Assembly (NCBI GenBank): GCA_965287045.1 | Contig: OZ336884.1 | Span: forward strand, 52,204,001-52,268,000 | Reading direction: 5' to 3' | From: Carcharhinus amblyrhynchos | Taxonomy: Eukaryota | Length of the DNA stretch: 64,000 nucleotides | Part shown: one piece after another, positions 1 to 12,459 of the stretch | How positions within the stretch are numbered: the first letter of the stretch is position 1 | Layout: each line of letters starts with the position of its first letter | Translations under genes and position numbers: made by a program | Notes under the pieces: generated by a model | Told to the model about the DNA's origin: nothing | Seen by the model: only the letters and a program-made list of their open reading frames with translations | The model's database searches: none

Positions 1-156
1 TTTTCATGTCTGTTTAATTTTTTTTATTTTTCCTTCAAAGGATAGCTTTACGTTCCCACATATATTACTTCCTGTGCCATGAAACTTGAGCACTGTTCAA
101 GAAACGAGGCCTAGGCTACTTTAAACCTTCAGCATCATTCATGGAAACTAGCAGCA

Positions 157-945
157 AGAATACAACATTTGGTCCTTCAAGCCTGCTCCACCATTCAATA
201 TGATCATGACTGATCCTCTACTTCAATGCTGTATTTTCACTTTCTCCCCATTCCCCTTGATGCCACGAAAATCTAAAAACATTTCCGTTTCTCTCTTGAA
301 TGCATTGTGGCTTGGCCTCCACAGCCTTCTAGATTCCCCAACCAGGGAAAACATCTTCCCTCCATCTATTCTGTCCATGCCTGTTAGAATTTTATACATT
401 TCAATCAGATCCCCTCTCACCTTCCTAATCTCTTATTAATACAGGCCCAATCAAACCAGTCTCTCCTCAAAGGACCATCCAACAAAGCCCAGTATCAGCC
501 TAGTAAAGCTCCAATGCTTGCATCTCTGGCAAATATATCCTTCCTTAGGTAGGGAGACCAGAACTGCATGCAATACTCCAGGTGTGTTCCCACCATGGCC
601 CTGTATAACTGCAGTAAGAACTCTCTACTTCTGAACAAAATTCCTCATCCAATGCAAACTAATTTTCCACTTGACTTCCTAATTACTTGCTAAACCTGCC
701 TCTTCATTTCTATTGACTGGCGTACAAGGACACCAAGATTCCTTTGTATACCCACACTTCCCAATATTATCACCATTTAGATAATACTCTTCTGTTTTTC
801 ACACCAAAATATCTAACTTCACATTTAGCCACATTGTACTGTATCTGCCATGTGTTTGCCCACTCACTCAACTTGTCTAGATCACCTTGAAACATTCTTG
901 CATCTTTCACCCAACTCAATTTTGTTTCATCAGCAAACTTGTAAA
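157..945 (-). mobile_element. CR1 LINE 3' fragment, degenerate
   Basis: ORF 223-420 (MRGDLIEMYKILTGMDRIDGGKMF) is a CR1 ORF2 C-terminal motif; CR1-type 3' UTR at the left end. Confidence 0.85.
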
Positions 946-1886
946 TTATATCTTCTTATTTCTTTCTCTGAATGTCGACATTAGAAAAAGATAAGAGTAT
1001 TTTAATCATTAAAGGGCTTGAAAATTACAAATGGATAGAGATTTACATTGGACACAGCACTTCAGACAGAAGAAGGTGTCTTTGACTTTGTTGTCAGGAG
1101 TCCAGAATCTAACTCATTTTCCCTGTGGGTTGGATCCAGAGTACTGATGGCAACGCAAGGTGTGATTGCAACATTTCTTTGTTTGCCACAACCAATTCCA
1201 ATAAATCCCTGTGATATAAACAACACATTATATTTTAAGCATTACAGAATAGTTCAAATGTACTTTCTTACTGCTACTTGTTTTTCTCTTTCAGTATGAA
1301 TCAAGCACTTAAAACATTTCTGTTGGCTGTTTTCTCTCCCACTCAAAATAATGCAAGTCTGACAGGGGGAAAAATCCCTGTACAGTGTGAAAATTTATAC
1401 ACCTCCCACAGTCCCATTATTTTCACTGAGGCATTCATGAAGTAGTTGTGAATCTATGTCCTCTAGCATCAAAAGTAATAACAATCTCTGTTGGCTTAAT
1501 GCTAAAACTCCATAAAGAAAGCTAACACAACGTGAACTGTTTATTCGTAAAGCTTTTCAGTAAACTGGCCATTCTTGACATGGGGTTAGATAAATACCAA
1601 CAGTTCTCTGGTTTGGAGAGCTAAACATTACCCATTTGTAAAAGCACATCATGGTATAATACAAAGGCCATTTCAGCCATGATTCAGTTACAAGAGAGTC
1701 ATGGCACTTGAGTTATGAGGCTTTTGCATGCATGTAAAAATAGCTGCAATTCAGTTAGTGGCAAAGCATCTTGATTATGCTAAAGGTGTGCGCTTCCAAG
1801 GAGATTACTAAACTTTTTCTTAAGCTAACTGGATTTTATTGGTGTCATGGTCCCTGCATCTCTTACACCGCTTCCCTAGCCAATAT

Positions 1887-2200
1887 CACAGTAGCACAGC
1901 AGTTAGCACTGCTGCCTCACAGCGCCAGGAACCCAATTCAATTCCCGGCTTGGGTCATTGTCTTGGCAGACGTTCTCTGCATTTTCTCCCCATGTCTGCA
2001 TGGATTTCCTCAGGGTGCTTTGGTTTCCTCCCACAATCTGAAAGACATGCTGGATAGGTGCACTGGCCACGCTAAATTCTCCCTCTGTGCACCCAAACAG
2101 GCACCAAAGTGTGACAACTAGGGGATTTTCACATTAACTTCATTGCAGAGTTACTGTATGCATCCTTGTGACACTAATAAATAAATAAACTTTAAAACTT
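1887..2200 (+). mobile_element. tRNA-derived V-SINE (HE1-like head and core, alternative tail)
   Basis: Head gtagcacagcagttagcactgctgcctcacagcgccagg, core ttctccccatgtctgcatggatttcctc, tail ctaataaataaataaactttaaa. Confidence 0.8.
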
Positions 2201-4123
2201 AAGCCAGAGAGTAGAGTGCCCATGATTCTGACAGCAATTTAGGGAACAGTGGTAATTGCTTTAAGGTGAGGTTTTTACCCTATCTTCGGAAGAATTCCTG
2301 CCTTACAGTGCTATTGGTCAATTGAAAGGCAGGCAGTTCTGTAGTCGCACAATGCCAGCTGGAAGTGGTGGCCAATGCTGGGAGACAGGCAATGCTCCCA
2401 CAATGCTGAGTAGCCCCGATAATCCCAGACCAGAGATCTTGGCAAGAGATGGTGGGATGGGGGTCCATTTCTAGAAACCAAGTGGGTGGGGAAGAGCAAG
2501 AAGAATGACTTGGTTAGGGTGCAGTGGCTCTTGATATGCCCAGGAGATCCTAAAAGCAGGTTGACCCAGCCCTTATCAGCGTGGATGTTGAGTCTTTCCT
2601 CTGGTGATCATGACGATATGGAGGGAATAAAGGAAAAGTGCACTGGGTTCAGGGCACAGATTGTCATGAGTTGTCACTGGGGCTGTAAAGGATCATGAAT
2701 ATGAGTGGGGGTGGGACATGGGTTGGAACTGGGAGTATGAAGGGCTATGGATGATGGGTGCGAGTGCATGAGATAGCATAGGTTAGTATGGATGGGTATG
2801 GGAAGTGTGTTGGAGCTGACGGCTGTTGTTTTAATCATTTTTAAAATTAAATTCAACAAAGTGCCTCAACACCTCGCAACCTCTGCACCGGGTTCTGAGG
2901 CGGCAGGCCTGACTGCACATGCAGCCCACCCTCCAATGCCCCAAGAATGAAAATCAGAACTGTGGGCCACCATTTTTAACGGTAAGTTTACAGAGCTGGG
3001 AATTCTCCCATGTCTGCACACCCGACTTGGAAGTGAAAACCTGAATCTGGGTTTTTCTAGGATCTGATTTCTGGTTTAAAATAGAGTAGGCATCCAATAA
3101 ATGATGATGTGATAAAGTTGCCTGGGAGATAAAACAACAGATAAAATTGTCAACATTTTAATTTTAGGGGTAAGTAAGTTCCTGGTGGTGGTTCCCTGTT
3201 CAAGCAGTTCAGTTTTAGGACAAGTGGACTACAGAAAAGAAAATCTCAAAATCTCCCTCAAAAACAAAGTTCAGTTGAAGCTTGGTGCGTTGGTGAAAAG
3301 TTTTAAATGCTTGCTAACTAAAGGACTCCTTTGAGAACTGTGAGTGAGACTTCTGGTTTAGCCAAACTGAACAAGCAAGCGTTTAAATGCAAAATTTCAG
3401 AGTTGAAGAATATTAAAGCAGAAGTAGCTATGCTTAAGAAATGAGAGACACTGGTGTTGAATGGGGAGTTTACAATGGGATGATTGGAGGATATCTGAAG
3501 GAAAAAACCTTGCCAGAAGTAAGCAGCAGGCCAAGAAATTTAGCCTTTATATAGAGTTTTGCAGTAGTACTCAGACTAAGTAGTTAATTGTCCAATTTTT
3601 GATATGCATCTAACCTCAGTTTTTTGGGGAGCATAATACTAATGGATGTAGGAGGAAATGCAATTTAAAGAGTTTGTTTTAAGTTATAAGTAACTGAATA
3701 CATTGCAGCTTTCCTGCAATGACTATTCAAGATAGAGAGTCTTTACTGGTATTCATGTTCTTTGAATTTTTCTTAATTTAAACCATGAACTATGTGACTT
3801 CAGCTTCCAGTGAATACTTATGTTTTCAGATAATGAGATTGTAAGAGTATCCTTCGTGAAAACTGACCACTGGAGTGTAGATCTGCAATGGTAAATGAAA
3901 GGTTTTAATTAAAATGTGAAACCTTCTAAACCTGTAGTCATAGCTAATTTAGATTTCTGAAATGAAAAATTTATAGACTCCCAAGACCAATTTTTACAAA
4001 CCTAATATTAAATTCAAAGAGGCAGCGTGAAGAACACAACAATTGTAGAAACAACATTTTGGCTTCTGATGCCGCAAACATTTTTCCATTTACCCAATTC
4101 GTTAAATGACACCTAGTGATTGG

Positions 4124-4451
4124 GGGCGGCTCGATAGCACAGTGGTTAGCACTGCTGCTTCACAGCTCCAGAGACCTGGTTTCGATTCCCGGCTTGGGTT
4201 ACTGTCTGAGTGGAGTTTGCACATTCTTCTCATATCTGTGTGAGTTTCCTCCTGCTGCTCTGGTTTCCTCCCACAGTTCAAAGATGTGTGGGTTAGGTTG
4301 ATTAGCCACGCTTAGTGTCTTGAGTTGTGTAGGTTAGAGGGATTAGTGGGTAAATAAGTAGGGATATGGGAGTAGGGCCTGGGTAGGATTGTGGTCGGTG
4401 CAGACTTGGTGGGCCAAATGGCCTCTTTCGGTACTGAAGGGATTCTGTGAT
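4124..4451 (+). mobile_element. HE1-type V-SINE, full length
   Basis: tRNA head with A/B-box-like motifs (tagcacagtggttagc, ggtttcgattccc), V-domain core, CR1-like tail gggccaaatggcctc...gggattctgtgat. Confidence 0.88.
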
Positions 4452-5559
4452 AGAAAGGCACAATATCAATATTTTTTAAAATAAACCTAGAGGACATACT
4501 ACAACACAATTACTCCCAATGGGCAACTGTTCTTGAAAGCAAATGAAGGCCAAAAAATCAGAACCATACTGTGGGAGCCCTATCACTACCTTTCACAGAA
4601 TGTGGGAATGCCAAATTTTACTGCCTACAGCTTTGACCTGCAACACCTACCACGTGTTAGCTCAAGGGGTTAGATGGAAGATTGTTTTTGGAAAACATTT
4701 TGGCTGTGGAGAGCCCCATGCTTGTCAGAAAACAATTAGTTATGAATACAAACACCACATAGCATAAAATGAAGAACAAGCCACAAGATTATTTCCAACG
4801 TGACTTAATGAAACAGTTTAAAGTTATGATGACAAGAGAATGGAAAGTAAGCAAGTGGTATCTACAGTTTCTGTAGGTGCCAAATAAAGTGTTATTTGTG
4901 GATTCTTGGATAATAAAATGAGAACCTAAAATCAATACATCTAAAAGGGCTTCAACAATGAAAGTAATATTTTCACATTTTAATCACTGACAAGTTAATG
5001 AAGTCATGTGATTAAAAGGCAGCCAAATGTGTCAAGACTACTTTCATTAAATCCATAGGATACCAAGGCAACTCAAAAGATTACTGAATTAGTGTTCACA
5101 TTTTAACAGTTTGTACAATTGTCAGTGAATACAATTCTTGAAAACATAAGCGAACTTTACCATCCATTAAACTGTCATATTAAATGACAGATATATAAAT
5201 CAATTTCGACTGTGTTAATTTGTTTTCTTCTGTCTGAGAAGATGAAGCCATGACTGAGCAATTGGAATGAAAAGTTATTATTTAAAAGACACGAAGATGA
5301 TCTTCGTTATTCCCATTTTTGTAAGGAACCAACAATTTTGGTTGATTTACTGATTTAAATATCAAATCTAATGAGTCACTGTGGTGCTGTATTTGAAGCT
5401 AAGGAGGACACAGGAGTGGTTCACAAAATGGCAGCAGCAGTGGCACCAGCCTACATTATGGCAGCAAGTGCAGTTCAAAAACTGCTTAAAGTTCTTTGTA
5501 TTTCCTCAGGCTATGAAAAATGAAATACAAATGAAAGCCTTTCTTTTTTTAAATTTATT

Positions 5560-6700
5560 TTCAATAGGAAGTAATCCAGAGCACTTCACAAACAAAAGGA
5601 AGGAAAATGTACAGTGAGACAGGAAAGTACAGATTCAAACAAAGTAACAAGAGCTTCGTTGAGGTGGGTTTAATGGAAGCTCTAAAAAAAAAGAGAAGAA
5701 TGGCATGGAGATAGGTCGGGAGGAAATTACAGTCAGATTCAGATAGTTGATCTTCGACCTGACAACTGCAGAGCAACAGAAGGATTATACAAGAGTCCAG
5801 AATTAGAGGAACAGGGAGCTTTGTGGTGGGAAAGGAGGCTAGTGTGATGGTTGTGCAGGGATATGTGCAGGAAAACAAGTCATTCAGATAGAGAAGAGCA
5901 AAATTATGGAATGATTTAAAAATATGAACGTGGGTGATGCATGGCAAGGATTTTGTGTGGGACAAAAATGAGCAATGGAATTTTGATCAAGTTCCAATTC
6001 ATGTAGGCCAGAGGATGACGAATCAACAAAGCAAAGGTACAGTCAAGCATGAAGGTGACAAAGGTATATCTGAGCATTTAAATAGATCAGCTGAGATAGG
6101 GCACGATCTGGTGAAGCTGTGCAGGTAGAAATAAATGGACTTTGTGATGGAAGAATTTAGGGCTGAAGGTCAACTCAAGATCAAACAGGACCCCACAGTT
6201 GCAAGCAGTTTGGTTCAACTGGAGAAAATGACTGGGAGAGGAATGGAACCCCTGGCAAGGAAGTGAGGCTTGTAATGACTAGTCCACCCAAAGATTAGGT
6301 GGAAGAAATTAAGACGCAGCACTCAATATTCAGCAAGTATTCTGACAATCTAGAAGACGATCATGCATATCTAGACATCAAGTTTCTACAGGCATCTCCA
6401 CATCACAGCATTTATTACCCATCAGGGGTAAATGCTGTGCTGTAGCATAACGACAATCAGCCCACAAAAGTTAGTATTGGAAATTGGCCTGCAGATAGCG
6501 AGGAGGCAAAGTATGGAAATTTATGCACACCAAAGGAAGAAATTTTGGGGATGCTTTGGCAATTTTCAGATAGGCTAATGTGAAACCAAGCACTGGAAGT
6601 CCTGTAAAGCAGAATAATATTTGAAGGTTTGGTAAAGAAAAGACACTTTATGGTGTCGATCACTGCTAAATGCTACAGGGTTATCAAAGGGTAACAAGGA
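5560..6700 (-). mobile_element. Old L2-like LINE remnant
   Basis: Purine-rich degenerate sequence resembling the antisense L2 3' region; no intact ORF. Confidence 0.5.
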
Positions 6701-6709
6701 GAAAGACTT

Positions 6710-7470
6710 TTAAAAGTGACTTATGGGATATGGGCATTGCTGGTATGGCCAACATTTATTAGCTATTATCAATACCGCAAACTGCCGGCTCCAAGTGGAG
6801 AGGATCTCCAAGATGATCGTGCATATCTAGACATCAAATTTCTACAGGCATCTCCACATCACAGCATTTATTACCCAGTGACGATGAGGCATTTTTGTGA
6901 ACCACTGCAGTCTATCTAGTGCAGATACTCCCATAGTGCTGATAGGAAAGGAGTTTCAGAATTCTGACCCAGTGAAGGAGTGGTGACATAGTCCAAATCA
7001 GGTTTGTGTGTGGCTTTGCGGAAAGTTGGTGATAATCTCAGGTATCCACTGCCCCTGTTCTTATAGGTGACATAAGTTACTAGGTTTGGAAGGTGCTGAA
7101 GAAGCCTTAGCATGTTGCTGCAAGCATCTTGTATATGCTGCACAATGCTGTCACTGTGCAATGCTAATGGAAGAAGTGAATGTTCAAGGAGGTGAATGGG
7201 CTGTCAATAAAACAAGCTGCTTTTTCTTGGATGTGTCAAGCTGAAGTGTTCCTGGAGCTGCACTCATCCAGGCAAGTGAAGAGTATTGATAATTCTCCTG
7301 ACTTGTGCCTTGTAGATGTTGGGCAGGCTTTCAGGAATCAGGAATGAGTTATTCACTTGAGGATGCAAAGACTCTGACCTGATCTTGTAGCTACAGTATT
7401 TATACAATTGGTCCAGTTAAGTTTCCAGTCAATGGAAACTCTCATGTGGGGATTCACCAATGCCAAGATC
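6710..7470 (-). mobile_element. LINE 3' fragment (CR1/L2 group), interrupted by a short Penelope piece at ~6770-6860
   Basis: Reverse complement aligns by eye to the copy at 41035-41655 and shares its tail with the SINEs at 11945 and 15440. Confidence 0.75.
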
Positions 7471-7491
7471 ACTTAACACCCATCCATGTTG

Positions 7492-7803
7492 AATAGAATC
7501 CATAAAGTGCGCGAGGAGGCCATTCGGCCCATCGAGCCTGCACGAATAACTGTCCCACACAGGTCCTATCCTGGTACCCCCACATATTCACCCTGCTAGT
7601 TCCCCTGACACTAAGGGGCGATTTTGCATGGTCAATCAAGCTGACCTGCACATCTTTGGTGTGTGGGAGGAAGCCAGTGCATCCAAAGAAAACCCACACA
7701 GACACAGAGAGAACATGCAAATTCCTCACAGACAATGATCTGAGGCCAGACTTGAACCCAGGACCCTGGCGCTGTGAGCAGCAGTGCTAACCACCGGGCC
7801 ACA
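7492..7803 (-). mobile_element. HE1-type V-SINE
   Basis: Reverse-complement tail atagaatcccataaagtgcgcgaggaggccattcggcccatcgag and head cagcagtgctaaccac. Confidence 0.88.
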
Positions 7804-7869
7804 GGCTTGAGAGTTTAGGCAAAATAAAAATCTTTATTCAAAAGTTCCAATAATACTAATGTGTATTTG

Positions 7870-9042
7870 ACAAATGGAACAAAAACCATGCAACAGAAGT
7901 AGAGAACAGAAGATCACTTCCCATGGTACCATTGAGAAAGTATAACAATGTTTCTGCATGCATGGGATACCTGAAGTTTTGGTTTCTGACAATGGCATTA
8001 CATTTACAAGCACCAAGTTTCAGATCTTCACGCTTTCCAATGGAATCATACGCATTAGGACAGCACCCTATCACCAGTCATTGAATGAACTGGCTGAACA
8101 GGTGGTGCAGACTTTTAAGCTCAACATAAAGAAGCAGCCTGCAGTGTCCATACAGACCAAACTGCCATGAATTTTGTTTGGCTACAAGACTATCCCTCAC
8201 ACAATGACAGGAATCATCCTAATGGAATTGTTAATGGGGCAGACCCTACAGAAAAGATTAAGCCTACTTTTCCTAAATCTTGCAGGTTTTTGGAATCTCG
8301 ATGAGAGAACCAGAAGAAGAACTATGATTCTGCAAGAACAGAAAGAACTTTGAAACTCGGTGATCCAATCCACATGAGGAAATTCGGGGATGGCCTGGGT
8401 TAGGTTCCTGGGATTATAATGAAGAAAATGGGGTCTGTAAGTTTTAAGGTCCAAGTGCAGGGCAAAATTGTCAGGAAGCACCTGGGCCATCTCAGGAGTA
8501 GGTCTCACTCTCATCCATGGGGACAACTACTAATAGAAACCACAAATAGAAACCAACCCTGAACTTATCCGTCCGGCTGACGAGGACACGGATTCCAAGA
8601 TGAAAACAGAAGAAACTAGCACCCCTACTGAAGCAAGACCTCAGGAAGAACTGGCATCAGTAGCTTTAGAAGTGAAAGTCTCTAGTCCACTTCATGCACG
8701 CTGATCTGGTCCTGCCTCTAAATCACCTCAGGCCAATCACCAAGCAGTAGAACAGACCATTCTTTGGCAGGGGTGTTGCAGAAAAAATAGGTTTGAGAGG
8801 GGAGGGATGTTATGATGGCCAGAGGGGATTTCCAATAGATCTCCCCATGGGCCTCGTAGGATACCAGGTGTACCAGGAATTAGGTGAATGGAGGTCCACC
8901 CAATGGGCAAGGAGTAATTGGGGGTTCAGGTAGGCAGTCGGAGGACCCTGGAGCTTGATCTGTACTCGCTGAGGGGTGCTTTATGCTGATTGCAAATAAA
9001 GGATAATGGTGATGGAAGACTATCCTCGATGAGATTAGTACA
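7870..9042 (+). mobile_element. Gypsy LTR retrotransposon 3' relic: integrase, polypurine tract and 3' LTR
   Basis: Integrase core HGIPEVLVSDNG...IRTAPYHQSLNELAEQVVQTFK (7958-8170); PPT gagaggggaggga at 8795-8807; then TG...AATAAA...CA LTR at 8808-9042. Confidence 0.85.
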
Positions 9043-9869
9043 AGCATAACTATTCAAACATTCGGAGAGCAGTGTGGAGGTGTTATGCAGCTGAAAGTCT
9101 TTATTTTCTTTCCTGAATAAAGGTTTTAAAATGAAAACGATTAAAAAGCAAAATTTTCCTCTTTTATAGGATAAGAAAGTAGATGGAAATCTTTTTTTTG
9201 TATATTCAAACAGCCAGATTGCTCCAATTACACAGCTTCACAGTTTTAACTTTCAAACCAAGTTTGCATTTGCAACAGTGCAAACTCAGTGGTCTCTGCT
9301 AATAAGTAATTGTGCTATAGACAAAGCAATTTCATCCCACTATTAACCAGAGAAAGAAACATGATAGCTAACCATACAATGTGGGTGAGCCGGTAAATCA
9401 CTATTAAACACTGAATTTTCTAATAAAGAATAAATATTTTATGAAAACATGATAATTTACATGCTTAAGTAATTGCTACTTAGTAATTGTAGAAATAAAT
9501 CAAAAAATGAAACTAGAATTAATCATTTAAAAATTTGAGTTTTGGCAGCAAAACTATAGGACTGAAGTAAAATGGCCAGTCAACTTTCTAATAAAGTAGC
9601 AGAATGTCTGCCAGATTTATTTTTCACCACTGATCACATATTAATTAATTAACATCTGTTATAATCAAATGTTCAATCACCATATATTTAATAAAGCAAG
9701 GAAAATAATGACTCACTTTTTCATTCTTTGTTCAGTACTTCTTACTTGATCATATTAAATTCCATCTGTCTGCCCCTATTTTTCAGCCTACTTCTGGATT
9801 TTAGATTTGTTGGTTTCTGTTTGTCTTCTCAGATCCAACTGTCCCCCCCCTTCCACCCCAAAGTACTTT

Positions 9870-10250
9870 CTTCATCCCCAACCAATTTTGCCCAAAATTG
9901 CATTCGGTTTCAACATCATTAATATCAATAAGAAGCAGAGATTTGAGAACTGACCTTTGGAGAACTCAATCCAGTACTTCATGCAACTGCAACGTCCTTC
10001 CCCGATTAGAAAGTTGGCTGGCAAGTACCCTTTGCTTCCCGTACTTCAGTCAATTCATTGTCCAACGCACATTTTACCTCAAATACCCACGGCAGTCTTT
10101 AGGGGAGAACTCTGCCAAGCTTTTGAGTTTTGAAACCCAGCTGCCTTCACCCTGATTTGTTCAGCATCTCGCCAAATCCACTTGAAATGTCATTTTTTTT
10201 CATAAATCCAAGGAAATTTGATATGGAAAACTTACATTAGCTGCTATTTG
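9870..10250 (-). mobile_element. Ancient CR1 reverse-transcriptase remnant
   Basis: Minus strand ...ccaaaggtcagttctcaaatctctgcttcttattgatattaatgatgttgaa resembles the PQGSVLGPLLFLIYINDL motif. Confidence 0.5.
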
Positions 10251-11056
10251 CTGTTATCATACAGGGCATCTTTAATTTTAATCCTGATTATGTGTTCAGA
10301 TTCACAGCTTCTGCTTTCTTCCTTCTTTGATGTGCACAAGCCAACAAGCCAAATGTGCAGTCATTTTAATCTCAGCACAGCCATCAAAATAAACAGAACT
10401 AATTCATAGTCATTGCTTTTCAATGGCACTATCCAGCTCTTGTTCATTTTGAATTCTCATTTATTTTATTTGGATAATTGCTGCTACTCAGCTGCTCACT
10501 CAGGATGGAATCTACAAAAGCTCTTAACTGCTCCATGTTCGAGTTAATGCAGTCAATGAGTAAAAGCAATGCAGGTTTCAGTATTGAAATTAACCATTAG
10601 AGCCATAAGTAAAAGATGCAGAGCAAACATTATTATGAATAGGAAACCAGCTCATCTTTTTCATTTGCTCCTTGTTATGGTCTATAGGTTTAAGGATAAG
10701 AAAAGACTCCCCTTATATCATTTGTTCATTCAACTGCAGGTAAATGGACTGATTTCCAATTCTATTTCAGTTTTTTCTGGGGTATTAATTTGCCATGCAG
10801 GATCAGCTTGGATCTGGGTCCTAAAGTCTGGAATTCCAGCCCTAAATTTTACCACCTCTCAACAGCTCTCTCCTCCTTTCAGATGCTCCTTTTGGTCGTC
10901 TATGCTAATAACACCTTTTGCAGTTAAATGTCCAGCCTGATTAGTTTACATTCCTCTGCAGTTCTTTATTCAATGAAAGGTGATGCATAAGTCCAAGTTG
11001 TAGTAGTTACAGTCTTGCTTCTGGTGAGTTTATAACTCATATCAAGTCCAGTTCTG

Positions 11057-11877
11057 GTGGTAGATGTATATTGTCAAGACTGCTTTAAAGAAGCTTAGCC
11101 ACCCTTTTCAGAACATCCATCTGCAACGTGCGGCAGTTCGTGCAGCGGTAAATCATAGAATTCTACAGTGCAGTAGGAGGCCACTTGGCCCATCGAGACT
11201 TCACCACCACGGTTCCACCTTTGCCCTATCCCTGTAACCCCACGCATTTACTCTGTTAGTGCCTCTGATACTAAGGGGCAATTTAGCATGGTCAATCAGC
11301 TTAACCTCCATATCTTTGGACTGACAATATACATCTTCACTGTCTATCCTCTTATTCGCAGATGTATCTCCACAGTTGTGACTGACAGAGTGCAGGTAAG
11401 TAGATTGCTGCGTACTGGAGGCAAGGAACTCACAAAAAGGTGAAGTGCAAACTGTTTGGCAAGAGATGCCAGTCAGTGCAATCAGTAGCTGGTACTGCTG
11501 CCTCATAGTGCCAGGGTTCTACTCCAGCCTCGGTGTCACTAACTGTATGGAGTTTGCACTTTCTCCCCATGTCTGCATGGGTATCTTCCGCTGCTCCGGT
11601 TTCCTCCCACAGCCCAAAGATATGCAGGTTAAACTGACTGGCCATGCTGAATTGCCCCTTAGTATCAGGAGCACTAACAGAATAAATACGTGGGGTTACA
11701 GGGATAGGGCAAAGGTGGAACTGTGGTCGGTGAAGTCTGAATGGGCCAAATGGCCTCCTACTGCACTGTGGGATTCTATGATTTACCGCTGCACGAACTG
11801 CCGCACGTTGCAGATGGATGTTCTGAAAAGGGTGGCTAAGGTTCTTTAAAGCACTCTTGACAATATACATCTACCAC
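11057..11877. repeat. Inverted repeat: arms 11057-11323 and 11610-11877, spacer 286 nt
   Basis: Arms align as reverse complements. Each contains the 3' half of a V-SINE plus about 95 nt of non-SINE flank. Confidence 0.95.
11485..11782 (+). mobile_element. HE1-type V-SINE (partial inverted copy at 11153-11323)
   Basis: Core ttctccccatgtctgcatgggt and tail gggccaaatggcctcctactgcactgtgggattctatgat. Confidence 0.85.
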
Positions 11878-11944
11878 GCCCCACGACATAGCCTACTTAT
11901 GTAAAAGAGTTTTAGGCTCACGTAAAAAGATCAAACCCCTAGCT

Positions 11945-12297
11945 CTTATTTATTTATTCTCTCATGATGAGGGTGTTGCTGGCAAGGCTACCATTTGTTA
12001 CCCATCCATAATTGCCCTTGAACTTAGTGACTTTGGGCAAAGCCATTTCAGAGGGCATGTGGGTCTGAAGTCACATGTAGGCTAGATTTCTTTCCCTGAA
12101 GGGCATTAATGAACTAGATTGGATAATACGACAATCAATGATAATTTCCTTACTGAGATTAGCTTTCAAGCCCATACGTATGAATTGAATTCAAAGCCTA
12201 CCAGCTGTTTTGGTGGGATTTGAACCCATGCTTCCACAGTATTAGCCTGAGCCTCTTGTACTCCAGTGATGTTACCACCATGCTGCCGTCTTCTCCC
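11945..12297 (-). mobile_element. tRNA-derived SINE, second family
   Basis: Antisense B-box gggatttgaaccc; body similar to 15440-15792; tail shared with the LINE at 6710 and 41035. Confidence 0.75.
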
Positions 12298-12321
12298 TAG
12301 CTCTTCACACAGTGTTACTGC

Positions 12322-12459
12322 GGGCGTGATCTTACCACACCCATTCACATTGTGCTCCCACTGCAGCAAGGTCAGAGAATTTCACACCCAGCCAAATCTC
12401 CAGTCACTGCAGAGGGATGAGAAAATCCCACCAGTGTGAGCGACCGTAACATTCCAGCC
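12322..12459. mobile_element. Short MITE (probably PIF/Harbinger-derived)
   Basis: Imperfect terminal inverted repeats gggcgtgatcttac / gtaacattccagcc; similar architecture to 44723-44842. Confidence 0.5.

Noticed and set aside
3100-3850. Possible solo LTR (also ~18900-19650)
   Set aside because: No clear TG...CA ends with a TSD could be fixed by eye.
4124-4200. tRNA genes at SINE heads (also 1887, 26808, 32294, 61370)
   Set aside because: A/B-box-like motifs run directly into SINE cores; no complete cloverleaf.
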